The notes under the pieces: generated by a model | Databases searched by the model: none | Told to the model about the DNA's origin: nothing | What the model saw: the letters and a program-made list of their open reading frames with translations, nothing else | Position numbers and translations under genes: made by a program | In this document: piece by piece, positions 54,514 through 64,000 of the stretch | Layout of the letters: each line of letters begins with the position of its first letter | How positions within the stretch are numbered: the first letter of the stretch is position 1 | Assembly: GCA_036306585.1 (NCBI GenBank) | Contig: JAXJZF010000007.1 | Span: 55,990-119,989, forward strand | DNA from: Eggerthellaceae bacterium | GTDB lineage: Bacteria > Actinomycetota > Coriobacteriia > Coriobacteriales > Eggerthellaceae | Reading direction: 5' to 3' | Length of the DNA: 64,000 bases

Positions 54514-55089
54514 ATGGCCATTACCGTCGCCGGACGCAAAATGACTGTAACCGATGCACTGCGCCAATACGCCGAAGAGAAGATCGGCAACTCCATGAAG
54601 GTCATGGACATAAATCCGCTCGACGCCGAAGTCGTGCTGTCGGTCGAGAAGAACCCGGCCAACCCGACCCCAGCCACGTGCGAGGTCACGTTGCACACGA
54701 AGGGCCATGTCATCCACGTGGAAGAACGCGAGGAGGACATGTACGCCGCCATCGACGTCGCCGCCGCCAAGGTGGTGCGCCAGCTGCGCAAGTACAAGAC
54801 CAAGGTCGTCGATCGCAAGGTGCGCGCAACCGACAAGGTCGCCGCCGGAGCTCCGAATGCATCCGGCGATGTCGACTTCGACGCGTTGATGGAAGAGCTC
54901 TCCGCCGACGACGCCATCCTGCGTGTTAAGGAAATCGAATTCGAACCCTTGACCGAGGAGGAAGCGCTGGTCCAGATCGACCTGCTCGACCATGACTTCT
55001 TCGTGTACACCGACCGCGACAGCGGCAACGTGAACGTTATCTACCGCCGCAAAAACGGCGGCTACGGCAAGCTGGTCCCCAAGGAGTAA
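54514..55089 (+). CDS. hpf: Ribosome hibernation promoting factor (long HPF)
   Basis: MAITVAGRKMTVTDALRQYAEEKI...MYAAIDVAAAKVVRQLRKYK... plus a C-terminal dimerisation domain ...PLTEEEALVQIDLLDHDFFVY. Confidence 0.92.
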   Translation: MAITVAGRKMTVTDALRQYAEEKIGNSMKVMDINPLDAEVVLSVEKNPANPTPATCEVTLHTKGHVIHVEEREEDMYAAIDVAAAKVVRQLRKYKTKVVDRKVRATDKVAAGAPNASGDVDFDALMEELSADDAILRVKEIEFEPLTEEEALVQIDLLDHDFFVYTDRDSGNVNVIYRRKNGGYGKLVPKE

Positions 55090-55113
55090 CTCGCCCGGAA
55101 GAAACCTCTTCCC

Positions 55114-55153
55114 AATAAGAAACGCTCCGGCACAAGCCGGAGCGTTTCTTATT
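55114..55153. terminator. Bidirectional terminator (18-bp stem) shared by hpf and folC
   Basis: AATAAGAAACGCTCCGGC-acaa-GCCGGAGCGTTTCTTATT. Overlaps the folC stop codon. Confidence 0.8.
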
Positions 55154-56534
55154 GCGCGACCTTCGTGGCGTGAATGGCGGATTTGACGCTCCCCACCGAA
55201 TATAGACTGCCGAACGCGCAGATGAGCCCATCCGAGCCCGCCAGCTCGCGCGCACGGCGCACGGCGTCCTCGAAGGAATCGGCAGCGATGGGGTTCAGAC
55301 AGGCCGAGCAACCGAGCATGTCCTGCCCCGTCCAGCGGATGGCGCGCGCCAGCTTCTCGGCGGAAAGGGCGCGCGGGCTGTCGGGCGTCACGCACAAAAA
55401 GGCGCTGCCCAGCGGCAGGACTTCCTCCAACATGAGCGGATAGTCCTTATCCTCCAATACGCCGATGACGAACACCGCCTTGCGACCGGGGAACACCTCG
55501 GCAAGCGATTCGGCGAGCGCCCGGGCGCCTTGGGGGTTGTGGCCGCCATCCACCACGATGGCGAACCCTTCGGGCGACGCGCCTCCTTCCACTACCTCGA
55601 AACGCCCCGGCCAGCGCGTCGCCGCGATGCCGCTGCGCACGGCTTCGTCGGGGATATCCCATCCTTTTTCGCGCAGCGCTTCGGCCGCCTCGAGGGCGAG
55701 CACGGCGTTGCAGGGCTGGTAGGAGCCGATCAGTCCGGTCACCAGGTTTCCGAACCCTTTATACGAAAGCATGCGCCGCGGTCGGCGAGCAGCTTGCCCG
55801 GCATCGGCCAAGGCACTGCCGCTTTCGACATCCGGCCAGGTGACGGATCCTTCTTCCAACTGGGAGAAATCAGGCACCCGCAACGGGCAACCATGCTCGC
55901 GCGCCGCCTGCTCGACCACCGCCATCGCCGCGGGATCCTGCGGCCACGACACCACTGGACAGCCGTCCTTCACGATCCCCGCCTTCTCGGCTGAGATCTT
56001 CTCCAGAGTGTTTCCCAGAACCGCCGTGTGGTCCAGCCCGATGCGCGCGATGACACAGACCTCCGGGGCCTCGATCACATTGGTGGAATCCAGCCTGCCG
56101 CCCAGTCCCACTTCCAGCACGCAGATGTCACAGCCGCTCCGCGCGAAATGCTCGAGCGCCACGGCGGTCATCAGCTCGAATTCGGTGGGATGCTCGCCGG
56201 TTTCCCCTGCCATGGCCTCGGCATGGCGGCGCACCTCCCACGTGACCTCGCGCAGGTCGTCATCGCCGATCATGGCGCCGTCCACACGAATGCGCTCCTC
56301 GAACCGTTCGATGTACGGGCTGGTGAACAGCCCGGTGCGGTATCCTGCCGCCTGCAAGATGTTTGCAAGGTAGGCGCACACCGACCCCTTGCCGTTGGTG
56401 CCGGCAACGTGCACGAACCGCAGACGGTCCTGCGGCCTTCCCAGCCGGTCGAGCAGCTCCGCTATGCGTTCGAGCCCCAGGCGCGACTCCTGCCAACGCG
56501 GCGTGTTGATGTAGGCGATGGGATCGAATTCCAT
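55149..56534 (-). CDS. folC: Bifunctional folylpolyglutamate synthase / dihydrofolate synthase
   Basis: VHVAGTNGKGSV (Mur-ligase P-loop)... Start at MEFDPIAYIN. Confidence 0.9.
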   Translation of the reverse strand: MEFDPIAYINTPRWQESRLGLERIAELLDRLGRPQDRLRFVHVAGTNGKGSVCAYLANILQAAGYRTGLFTSPYIERFEERIRVDGAMIGDDDLREVTWEVRRHAEAMAGETGEHPTEFELMTAVALEHFARSGCDICVLEVGLGGRLDSTNVIEAPEVCVIARIGLDHTAVLGNTLEKISAEKAGIVKDGCPVVSWPQDPAAMAVVEQAAREHGCPLRVPDFSQLEEGSVTWPDVESGSALADAGQAARRPRRMLSYKGFGNLVTGLIGSYQPCNAVLALEAAEALREKGWDIPDEAVRSGIAATRWPGRFEVVEGGASPEGFAIVVDGGHNPQGARALAESLAEVFPGRKAVFVIGVLEDKDYPLMLEEVLPLGSAFLCVTPDSPRALSAEKLARAIRWTGQDMLGCSACLNPIAADSFEDAVRRARELAGSDGLICAFGSLYSVGSVKSAIHATKVAQ

Positions 56535-56615
56535 GGCTTGCCTTTCACTTGATACAGCGAACCCGCCGGGATAGCCCGACGGGTTCGGGAAACATCGCAT
56601 TGGGAAGGGGCGGTG

Positions 56616-58058
56616 CTATTCCCCCAGCAGGTAGTCGGCGATTCCGGCAGCGGCGCGCTTGCCCGCGCCCATCGCCAAGATGACCGTCGCGGCGCCGATA
56701 ACGGTATCGCCGCCGGCGAACACGCCAGGCTTCGACGTCGCACCGGTTTTCTCGTCTGCCACCACCAGGTTGCGGGAGGTGACCTCCAGCCCGGGCGTGG
56801 TCTGCGCGATGAGCGGGTTGGTCCTCGAGCCGATGGCGACGACCATCATGTCGGCATCGATGATGTACTCGCTGCCTTCCACCGGGACAGGGCGGCGACG
56901 CCCGGAGTCGTCCGGCTCGCCAAGCTCCATGCGGATGCACTCCACGCCGGTTACCCAGCCGTCGTCGTTGCCGATGATGCGCACCGGGTTGCACAGCAGA
57001 TCGAAGATGACGCCTTCCTCCTGCGCGTGGTGGATCTCCTCCGCGCGGGCGGGCATCTCCTCCATGCTGCGGCGGTACACCACATGCACTTCCGCCCCCA
57101 GGCGAAGCGCCGTGCGCGCAGCATCCATGGCGACGTTGCCGCCGCCGGAAACCACGCACTTCTTGCCGGCATACACCGGCGTGTCGTATTCGGGGAAGCG
57201 GTAGCCCTTCATCAGGTTCACGCGCGTGAGCAGCTCGTTGGCGGTCATCACGCCGTTGAGACCCTCGCCTTCGATGCCCAGGTAGCTGGGAAGCCCTGCG
57301 CCGGTGCCGATGAACACCGCGTCGTAGCCGCGCTCGTCAAGCAACTCGTCGATGCTGTAGAGCTTGCCCACCAATGCGTTCATCTCGAACTCGACGCCCT
57401 GATCTGCCAGCTGGGACACTTCGCGCCTCACCAGGTCCTTCGGCAGGCGGAACTCGGGGATGCCGTAGGTCAGCACGCCACCGGCCTCGTGCAGCGCCTC
57501 GAGGATATGCACCTGGCAGCCGCGCTTGGCAAGCTCGCCTGCGCAGGTGAGCGATGCCGGACCCGAGCCCACCACCGCAACGCGCTTGCCTTCCAAGTCG
57601 TGCGGGGACACCTCTTCCTCGGGGGCGTCCGCGCCTGCCATAGCGCAGGCGTCGGGGTTCTGCATGGCCCAGTCGGCCACGAAGCGCTCCAGGCGCCCGA
57701 TGCCCACCGGCTCGCCCTTACGGCCCCGCGTGCACACGCCCTCGCACTGCGTCTCCTGCGGGCACACGCGCCCGCAGATAGCGGGCAGCGCGTTCGCATC
57801 CTTCACCAGCGCATACGCCTCGGCGAAGTTGCCATGCGCCACCTGCTCGATGAACTGCGGGATGGGCACGCCCACCGGGCAGCCGCCCACGCAGGGCGCC
57901 TTCGGGCACTGGATGCAGCGGCGCGCCTCGTTGACGGCATCTTCGGCGGTGTAGCCGCACGCCACCTCATCGAAGCAGGCCGCGCGTTGGGCGGGGTCCA
58001 GCTCGGGCATGGGCGTCTTCTCCTGCTGCTTGTTGGTCTCGTAGCTTGCGCGCGCCAT
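56616..58058 (-). CDS. nfnB: NfnB-type subunit (glutamate synthase small-subunit-like; 2x[4Fe-4S] + FAD + NADPH)
   Basis: RCIQCPKAPCVGGCPV...CGRVCPQETQCEGVC, VAVVGSGPASLTCA, KCVVSGGGNVAMDAA. Confidence 0.75.
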   Translation of the reverse strand: MARASYETNKQQEKTPMPELDPAQRAACFDEVACGYTAEDAVNEARRCIQCPKAPCVGGCPVGVPIPQFIEQVAHGNFAEAYALVKDANALPAICGRVCPQETQCEGVCTRGRKGEPVGIGRLERFVADWAMQNPDACAMAGADAPEEEVSPHDLEGKRVAVVGSGPASLTCAGELAKRGCQVHILEALHEAGGVLTYGIPEFRLPKDLVRREVSQLADQGVEFEMNALVGKLYSIDELLDERGYDAVFIGTGAGLPSYLGIEGEGLNGVMTANELLTRVNLMKGYRFPEYDTPVYAGKKCVVSGGGNVAMDAARTALRLGAEVHVVYRRSMEEMPARAEEIHHAQEEGVIFDLLCNPVRIIGNDDGWVTGVECIRMELGEPDDSGRRRPVPVEGSEYIIDADMMVVAIGSRTNPLIAQTTPGLEVTSRNLVVADEKTGATSKPGVFAGGDTVIGAATVILAMGAGKRAAAGIADYLLGE

Positions 58059-58063
58059 GGACC

Positions 58064-58945
58064 CTACGCCTCCTTCTTGGTTGCGGAAGCGGCAACGTCG
58101 CAGTCGCGCGCCTCGCTAGCGTACTTGCCCGCCGCCGCTTCGCGCGCAGCGGTTTCGAAATCGCGGTACATCACGCCACGGTGCATCGCGTCGTCGAAAT
58201 CGACCAGATGCCCGTCAAAATCGGGGCCGTCGACGCAGGCGTGCTTGTATTCGCCGCCCACCTTCACGCGACATCCGCCGCACATGCCCGTTCCGTCGAT
58301 CATGATGGGATTCATGGAGACCAGCGTTTTGATGCCGTGCGGCTTGGTGGTGAGCGCCACGAACTTCATCATGATCACAGGACCCACCGCCAGTACCAAG
58401 TCATAATCCGCACCGGCGTCGATGCGTTCCTGCAGCGGCGCTGTAACCACGCCTTTGTTACCGTTGGAACCGTCGTCGGTCATCACTTTATGCCACGAAG
58501 AGCAGGCTGCCAGCTCGTCCTCGAATAGGATGAGATCCTTGTTGCGGAAGCCCGTGATCACGTCCACTTCGCAGCCATGATCGTGCAGCCATTTCGCCTG
58601 GGGGTAGGCGATGGCGGTGCCCAGACCGCCGCCGATGACGCAGGCGCGTTTCACGCCCTCGAGCTCGGTGGGGTTGCCGAAAGGGCCGGCGAAGTCCAAC
58701 AGCGCGTCGCCTGCCTTCAGCGTGGCGAGATGCATGGTGGTGGCGCCCACAGCCTGGAACACGATGGTGACGGTTCCCGCCTCCGGGTCGCATGCGTTCA
58801 TGGTCAGCGGAATGCGCTCGCCATGCTCGTCGATGCGCAGCATGATGAACTGCCCGGGCTTGATCTTCTTGGCGATTTCCGGCGCGCGCACCACCATGCG
58901 CGTCACCTCGGCGTTCAGCCGTTCTACCTGTTCGATGGGATACAC
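58064..58945 (-). CDS. nfnA: NfnA-type subunit (PyrK/ferredoxin-NADP reductase-like; FAD + [2Fe-2S])
   Basis: ...GQFIMLRI...RIPLT..., GGGLGTA, C-terminal GTGMCGGCRV...CVDGPDF. GTG at 58945 chosen (GAGGGGG RBS). The track start at 58990 lies immediately after a TATACT -10 box. Confidence 0.75.
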   Translation of the reverse strand: MYPIEQVERLNAEVTRMVVRAPEIAKKIKPGQFIMLRIDEHGERIPLTMNACDPEAGTVTIVFQAVGATTMHLATLKAGDALLDFAGPFGNPTELEGVKRACVIGGGLGTAIAYPQAKWLHDHGCEVDVITGFRNKDLILFEDELAACSSWHKVMTDDGSNGNKGVVTAPLQERIDAGADYDLVLAVGPVIMMKFVALTTKPHGIKTLVSMNPIMIDGTGMCGGCRVKVGGEYKHACVDGPDFDGHLVDFDDAMHRGVMYRDFETAAREAAAGKYASEARDCDVAASATKKEA

Positions 58946-59113
58946 AGGCACGACCCCCTCGTGTCGTCTTCTGTCATTGGGATTGGGCACAGTATAGCAA
59001 CGCGCGGGGCGCAGGCTTCCCGCCCCGCCCTTTCCGCATGTCGACGGCGGGTTTTTCTGGTGGCGGGAGACATCTGCCGCCCGCTTCGAGCCGAACGGAC
59101 GAGGTCGGGGCCG

Positions 59114-59707
59114 CTACCGTGCGGCAGGAGCGGAAGCGTCCTGTTCCGACTGACGCAGCAGTTCCCCCAGCGTGGCGAAATCATCCTCCAGCGCCACGCG
59201 TTTGCTGCTGTCGTACAGCGCAGCGGCGGGGTGGAAGATAGGGAACACCTTGAACTTGCCGGCCATCTGCAACTTACCGTGCATGCGCGTGATGCCCACT
59301 TCGGTCTTCAAGATGAACTTGGTGGCGAAGTTGCCCAGCGTCACGATGAATTCCGGGTCGATGGTGCGCGTCTGCTCGCGCAGAAACGGCGTGCAGCACT
59401 CGATCTCCTCCACACGCGGATCGCGGTTTCCGGGGGGACGGCATTTCAGCACGTTGGCGATGAACACGTCCTCGCGCGCAAGCCCGGCGATGCCTAGCAG
59501 CTCGTTGAGGTATTTGCCCGCAGCGCCCACGAAAGGGATACCCTGCAGGTCCTCGTTCTTACCGGGAGCCTCCCCCACGATGAGCACGCGAGCTTCGGGG
59601 TTGCCGTCGCCGAACACCGTCTGTGTGCGCCCGCCGGCCAGTGGGCAGCGGTGGCATGCCGCCACCTCGGCGCGGATCTGATCCAAAGGGATATGCGGTT
59701 TATGCAT
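59114..59707 (-). CDS. Uracil-DNA glycosylase, family 4
   Basis: CHRCPL...VLIVGEAPGKNED...PFVGAAG...NVLKCRPPGNR...HPAAALY. Start at MHKPHIPL (GGAGG RBS). The longer track ORF is Cys/Arg/Trp-rich nonsense. Confidence 0.9.
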   Translation of the reverse strand: MHKPHIPLDQIRAEVAACHRCPLAGGRTQTVFGDGNPEARVLIVGEAPGKNEDLQGIPFVGAAGKYLNELLGIAGLAREDVFIANVLKCRPPGNRDPRVEEIECCTPFLREQTRTIDPEFIVTLGNFATKFILKTEVGITRMHGKLQMAGKFKVFPIFHPAAALYDSSKRVALEDDFATLGELLRQSEQDASAPAAR

Positions 59708-59783
59708 TGTCGCGGCCTCCTCTCCCGCACCCGGCAGCGCACCCCAGCCAGAGGACTCGCAGTGCGGAACTCGCGATTGGTCT

Positions 59784-61199
59784 CTATTTATACACCTTCG
59801 GCAAGCGCATCCCGAAGCCGCATGCCAGTTCGTAATTGATGGTGCCCAGGGTGTCGGCAAGCTCGTCAAGGGCGATCTCGGCGTTGCCCTGGCGCCCCAC
59901 CAGCAGCACCTCGTCGCCGATCTGCGGGTCCAGACGGCGGCGCGTGCCGTATATGCGCATGTCGACCTCGAACATGCACATGTCCATGCAGATCCGGCCC
60001 ACCTGGCGGCAGCGTCGTCCATCGAGGATCACGTCGCAGCGGCCCGACAGCCCATGGGACAGTCCGTCGGCGTACCCTAGGGGCAGGGTGCAGATCTTCA
60101 CGCTGCCGGGGCTGCGATATTCCAAACCGTAGCTCACGCCTTCGCCCAACGGCACCGTGCGCACATCGGCGATACGCGCGTGCACGCTCATGGCAGGGCG
60201 CAGGTCCATCAAGGGCCGCGTGGCGTCGGAAGCATGCAGGCCGTACATCGAGATGCCCAGACGCGCCATGTCGAATTGGATGTCGCCGAAGCGTGCGCCG
60301 GCGGCGGTGTTGGCGCAGTGGACGATGCCCGGGTTGATGCCCGACGCACGCAGCGCCGCGATCGCCTCAATGAAATGCTTCGCCTGGATCTGGAAGTCGA
60401 GCAGCTCGGACGAATCGGCCGTGGCGAAATGGGTGAACACGCCGGTGAGATCGAGAGCGCGATGGAAGCCCACTTGCGTCATGAACTCGATCACCTGATC
60501 GTGGCGCACCCCGATGCGATTCATACCGGTGTTAACTGCCAGATGGTACGGGGCGCGCAAGCCGAACTCATCGGCAGTCTCGGCATAGGCGATGGCGAAC
60601 TCCGGCGTGTATACCGCCGGGGTGATCTTGTAGGCGAGCAGAAGCGGCGCCGTCGTGGCGGGAGGTTCGGACAAGACGAGGATGGGCGCATTGATCAGCG
60701 CCTCGCGCAGCGCGATGGCCTCGTCCACCGTGGCGACGCCCAGCCATTCCGCGCCGGCGCTGAGCGCCGTGCGCGCCACCTGCACGGCGCCATGGCCGTA
60801 CCCGTCCGCCTTCACGACGGCCATCAGGCGCGTTCCGCTTTTCAGGCGACGGCGGAACTGCGCAACATTGTGGCGGATCGCCGACAGATCGACCTCCACC
60901 CATGCCCAACGGCGATCGGTGGCGGATATGGTGCGCAGCTTATCCGGATCGAATTGGAGAGAGCCCGACTCGTCGCGCTCGTGGTCGCGCGCGTACTGGA
61001 ACGCGCCTTGCGCGACCGTGCTCACCTTCGATGGGCTGAACGGGTATTTCGTGGAAGGGCCGTTGCCCACGTTGGAGCGGGCATGCGATGCAGCATTCGG
61101 GCCGACCGGTGTATGACCCACGCTGACGCTTGCCGGGATGAAGCCCGGCTTGCGCCGTGCGAACCCGGTGAACCCGTTCAGCGGCTCTTCTTCGGTCAC
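59784..61199 (-). CDS. alr: Alanine racemase with a ~95-aa N-terminal extension
   Basis: AWVEVDLSAIRHNV...AVVKADGYGHG (PLP lysine)...YG...CMD... GTG at 61199 lies 4 nt after GGAAGAGGAGG. No alternative start exists before the conserved core. Confidence 0.88.
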   Translation of the reverse strand: MTEEEPLNGFTGFARRKPGFIPASVSVGHTPVGPNAASHARSNVGNGPSTKYPFSPSKVSTVAQGAFQYARDHERDESGSLQFDPDKLRTISATDRRWAWVEVDLSAIRHNVAQFRRRLKSGTRLMAVVKADGYGHGAVQVARTALSAGAEWLGVATVDEAIALREALINAPILVLSEPPATTAPLLLAYKITPAVYTPEFAIAYAETADEFGLRAPYHLAVNTGMNRIGVRHDQVIEFMTQVGFHRALDLTGVFTHFATADSSELLDFQIQAKHFIEAIAALRASGINPGIVHCANTAAGARFGDIQFDMARLGISMYGLHASDATRPLMDLRPAMSVHARIADVRTVPLGEGVSYGLEYRSPGSVKICTLPLGYADGLSHGLSGRCDVILDGRRCRQVGRICMDMCMFEVDMRIYGTRRRLDPQIGDEVLLVGRQGNAEIALDELADTLGTINYELACGFGMRLPKVYK

Positions 61200-61283
61200 T
61201 GCGCCTCCTCTTCCGTCAATCGGGCATCAGTATAGCACTGGCGAACATCCCCAACGCCTCGCCCGACGGGCGTTGGCCCGATA

Positions 61284-61308
61284 ACGAAAACACCCCATAT
61301 CGGGGTGC
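61284..61308 (-). terminator. Intrinsic terminator after the mogA-like gene
   Basis: CACCCC-gatat-GGGGTG followed by TTTTCGTT. Confidence 0.7.
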
Positions 61309-61361
61309 TTTCGAAACGATTTGCATCAGGAGACTGCGGCACACGCCGCGCCGGCCAAGGC

Positions 61362-61844
61362 CTAGTGGCCGCCGCCTGCCATCATCTTGGCGGCATGCGG
61401 AAGCGCGGCAACGACGCCTTCCCAGTTCTCGCGCGCAGCCTTCTCGCTGCCGGGCAGGTTGATGACCAGATGGCGCCCGCGTTGCATGCAGAGCGCGCGG
61501 GAAAGCATGGCGAACGGGGTGATCGCCAGCGAATGCGCACGCATCGCCTCGGCGATGCCGGGAACGTTGCGCTCGCACACGTCCATCGTTGCTTCAGGCG
61601 TCACGTCGCGCAGCGAAAGACCGCTGCCGCCGCAGGTGAGGACGATATCAACATCCAGGTTGTCGCAGGCATCCACGATGGCGGCGGAGATATCGGCGCG
61701 CTCGTCCTTCACCACCACATGGTTCTTGCACTCCCAACCGCTCTCGGCGATGAGCGACTCCAGGGCCGCGCCGGCCGTATCTTCCTTCATGCTACGAGTG
61801 TCCGAGCACGTGATTATCGCAAACGTCAAAACAGGTTCCGCCAT
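61362..61844 (-). CDS. MogA/MoaB family molybdenum cofactor biosynthesis protein
   Basis: FAIITCSDTRS...DIVLTCGGSGLSLRDVTPEA...PG... Start at MAEPVLTF behind GGAAGGAGA. Confidence 0.85.
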   Translation of the reverse strand: MAEPVLTFAIITCSDTRSMKEDTAGAALESLIAESGWECKNHVVVKDERADISAAIVDACDNLDVDIVLTCGGSGLSLRDVTPEATMDVCERNVPGIAEAMRAHSLAITPFAMLSRALCMQRGRHLVINLPGSEKAARENWEGVVAALPHAAKMMAGGGH

Positions 61845-61954
61845 CCCGGATCTCCTTCCGCACTTTTTCCTTCCCCGTCTGAAACGATGCTGCAAGAACG
61901 CTCGGTGCTCCAGCCCCCGGAGGAGAGGCCCCGATGAACTCGCAGCCCCTTCAG

Positions 61955-63211
61955 CTAGATAACAGTCTCTTCCGCAACATCGAGGATGACGCACTCCACC
62001 AGGTCGCCGGCGCTGCGCCCGCCCTGACCCTCCGGCAGAACCGCCATGCAGTTACTGCGTTGGATGACACCGAACAGACCCGAGCTCTGGTTCTTCGCGG
62101 GCTCGACGATGTAGCCGTCCTCGGGATCCTTGCGCAGCGTGGAGCGAAGGAACAGGCGGCGTGCATCGTTTTTCTTGGTGTCGCGCGCCAATTTGGCCAT
62201 GAGTTTCGGACGCTCGAAGCAGCTGTAGCCCTGCATCTTGCGCAGCGCGGGGCGAATGATCATCTCGAAACCGCAGTAAGCGGCGGCTGGATTGCCGGGC
62301 AGCCCGAACACGGGAGTGCCCTTCACCACGCCGAACGTCTGCGCCTTGCCCGGGCGCATGTTCACGGTGGTCATCATCAGCTCGCCGAGTTCCTCGACAA
62401 CCGGCTTGATGAAGTCGAAGTCGCCGTTAGAGGCGCCGCCGCTAGTTACGATGAAGTCGTAGTCGTACGTCGCGTCGGACACCACCTTCGCCAGTGCCGC
62501 CTCGTCGTCGGGGACGATAGGAAGGATGGTGGGCACGGCGCCTGCCGCCTGTGCGCAAGCTGCCAGCGCATAGCTGTTGGAGTTGCGGATCTTGCCGGGC
62601 GTGGGCTTCTCGGTGGGATCGAGCAACTCCGAGCCGATGGCGATGATCGCCACGCGCGGACGGCGGTGCACTGGCACCTGGATGATGCCGCAGCCGGCGA
62701 GGAAGCCTGCGCCGGCGGAGCCGATCACCTCGCCGCGGGAAACGACAACCTCGCCCGCCTTGGCCTCCTCGCCCGCTTGGCGGACATTGGAGCCCAGCTT
62801 AGTGGGGGCATCGAAGGCGACGCGGCTGCCGGGCTTGCCGTCGCCGGACACCACGCCGACGATCTCGTACTTCACCACGGAATCTGCCGCGCCGGGCAGC
62901 GGAGCACCGGTCATGATGCGCACGCACTGGCCCTCGCCAATGGGACCGTCGTAGGTTTCGCCGGCAGCAACCTCGGCGATGACATCGAGCTCGACCGGAT
63001 CCTCGACAGTCGCGTTCTCCAGCTCGGCAGCCCGCAAAGCGAAACCATCCATCGCCGAATGGGCGAACGGCGACACATCGATGTCGCTTCTCAAATCTTC
63101 CGCGGACACGCGGCCCACCGCATCGAGCAGGCCCACCGTTTCGACGGGAAGCGGCTCCACCTGCGACAGAACCAGCTCTCGCGCTTCTTCCAGCGAGATC
63201 ATCTCCGCCAT
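61955..63211 (-). CDS. moeA: Molybdopterin molybdenumtransferase MoeA
   Basis: ISLEEARELVL...SPFAHSAMDGFAL...TGAPLP...TSGGASNGDFDF...LPGNP... Confidence 0.9.
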   Translation of the reverse strand: MAEMISLEEARELVLSQVEPLPVETVGLLDAVGRVSAEDLRSDIDVSPFAHSAMDGFALRAAELENATVEDPVELDVIAEVAAGETYDGPIGEGQCVRIMTGAPLPGAADSVVKYEIVGVVSGDGKPGSRVAFDAPTKLGSNVRQAGEEAKAGEVVVSRGEVIGSAGAGFLAGCGIIQVPVHRRPRVAIIAIGSELLDPTEKPTPGKIRNSNSYALAACAQAAGAVPTILPIVPDDEAALAKVVSDATYDYDFIVTSGGASNGDFDFIKPVVEELGELMMTTVNMRPGKAQTFGVVKGTPVFGLPGNPAAAYCGFEMIIRPALRKMQGYSCFERPKLMAKLARDTKKNDARRLFLRSTLRKDPEDGYIVEPAKNQSSGLFGVIQRSNCMAVLPEGQGGRSAGDLVECVILDVAEETVI

Positions 63212-63560
63212 GAACTACCCCTTTCGGTAAAGAGCCGCCGGGCGCAGCGCCCCAGCGGCATTCATTTCTCGTTCGTTCATTATAGCGTTCTTAGGATGAT
63301 TCATACACGCCCAATGCAAAAAGCCCAGCACCCAGATTAAGGGGTCGTGCGTGCACCGCGCGGTTCGGTTCAGCTCGCTGCGGCAGGAAGGTCAAGATAG
63401 AGCATAGACGGCTGAAGGGGCCGGAGGTGCGTCGAGTTGCCGCGAAGGCTTTCCATGGCGTACTTCAGTGCGCAAGGAAAGCTCGAAGCGACATGGCTGC
63501 ATGCCTCAAGCCCTTTCAGCGAACAAGCGGTTTCGTCGGCCCCATGCCGACGAAACTCCC

Positions 63561-64000
<440 letters not shown>

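Noticed and set aside
63285-63525. Possible Moco riboswitch upstream of moeA (CCTCCGGCC, GGAAAG and CCTTCCTGCC strings).
   Set aside because: The order of the elements does not fit the Moco motif as I recall it. The CUCCGAGCC core is imperfect, and the best promoter (TATAAT) lies downstream of the candidate aptamer. It is kept only as an unexplained spacer.

Overview
The window is visibly GC-rich (roughly 60-65% by eye, not computed). Gene content fits an anaerobic high-GC Actinomycetota lineage, probably Coriobacteriia-like; this is inference only. I support about 60 protein-coding genes, 5 single tRNA genes (Thr-CGT, Arg-CCT, Ser-GCT, Ser-TGA, Leu-CAG), and a set of intrinsic terminators, promoters and candidate operators.

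Most of the window is core housekeeping:
- ddl, serS and pdxK
- the actinobacterial fhaA-fhaB-pstP-rodA/pbpA-pknB cell-wall signalling cluster
- aroK, ispE and tadA
- citrate synthase
- a pst/phoU phosphate system
- a PPi-type phosphofructokinase and an ABC-F protein
- glmU-prs-pth
- nhaA, hpf and folC
- an NfnAB-type oxidoreductase pair
- UDG, alr, mogA/moeA and eno

I found no rRNA, CRISPR array, transposase, integrase, phage gene or recognisable defence system, and no convincing novel multi-gene system.

The most unusual items are:
1. A single 917-codon ORF fusing a SEDS (RodA/FtsW) polymerase to a class B PBP.
2. A non-RD Ser/Thr kinase with a polytopic C-terminal domain.
3. A tRNA-Arg-proximal islet with an orphan RsbW-like kinase and an NTF2-LytTR one-component regulator, flanking a 391-bp AT-rich spacer.
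4. An orphan radical SAM enzyme with a CX4CX2C motif next to a TetR-controlled membrane protein.
5. A stand-alone protein resembling the cyanophycin synthetase N-domain.
6. A split pstB-phoU / pstSCA arrangement with 11-bp-phased repeat arrays.

Many long ORFs in the track are antisense shadow frames typical of high-GC DNA and were rejected. Start codons were refined by eye using RBS, neighbour and promoter context and remain approximate.
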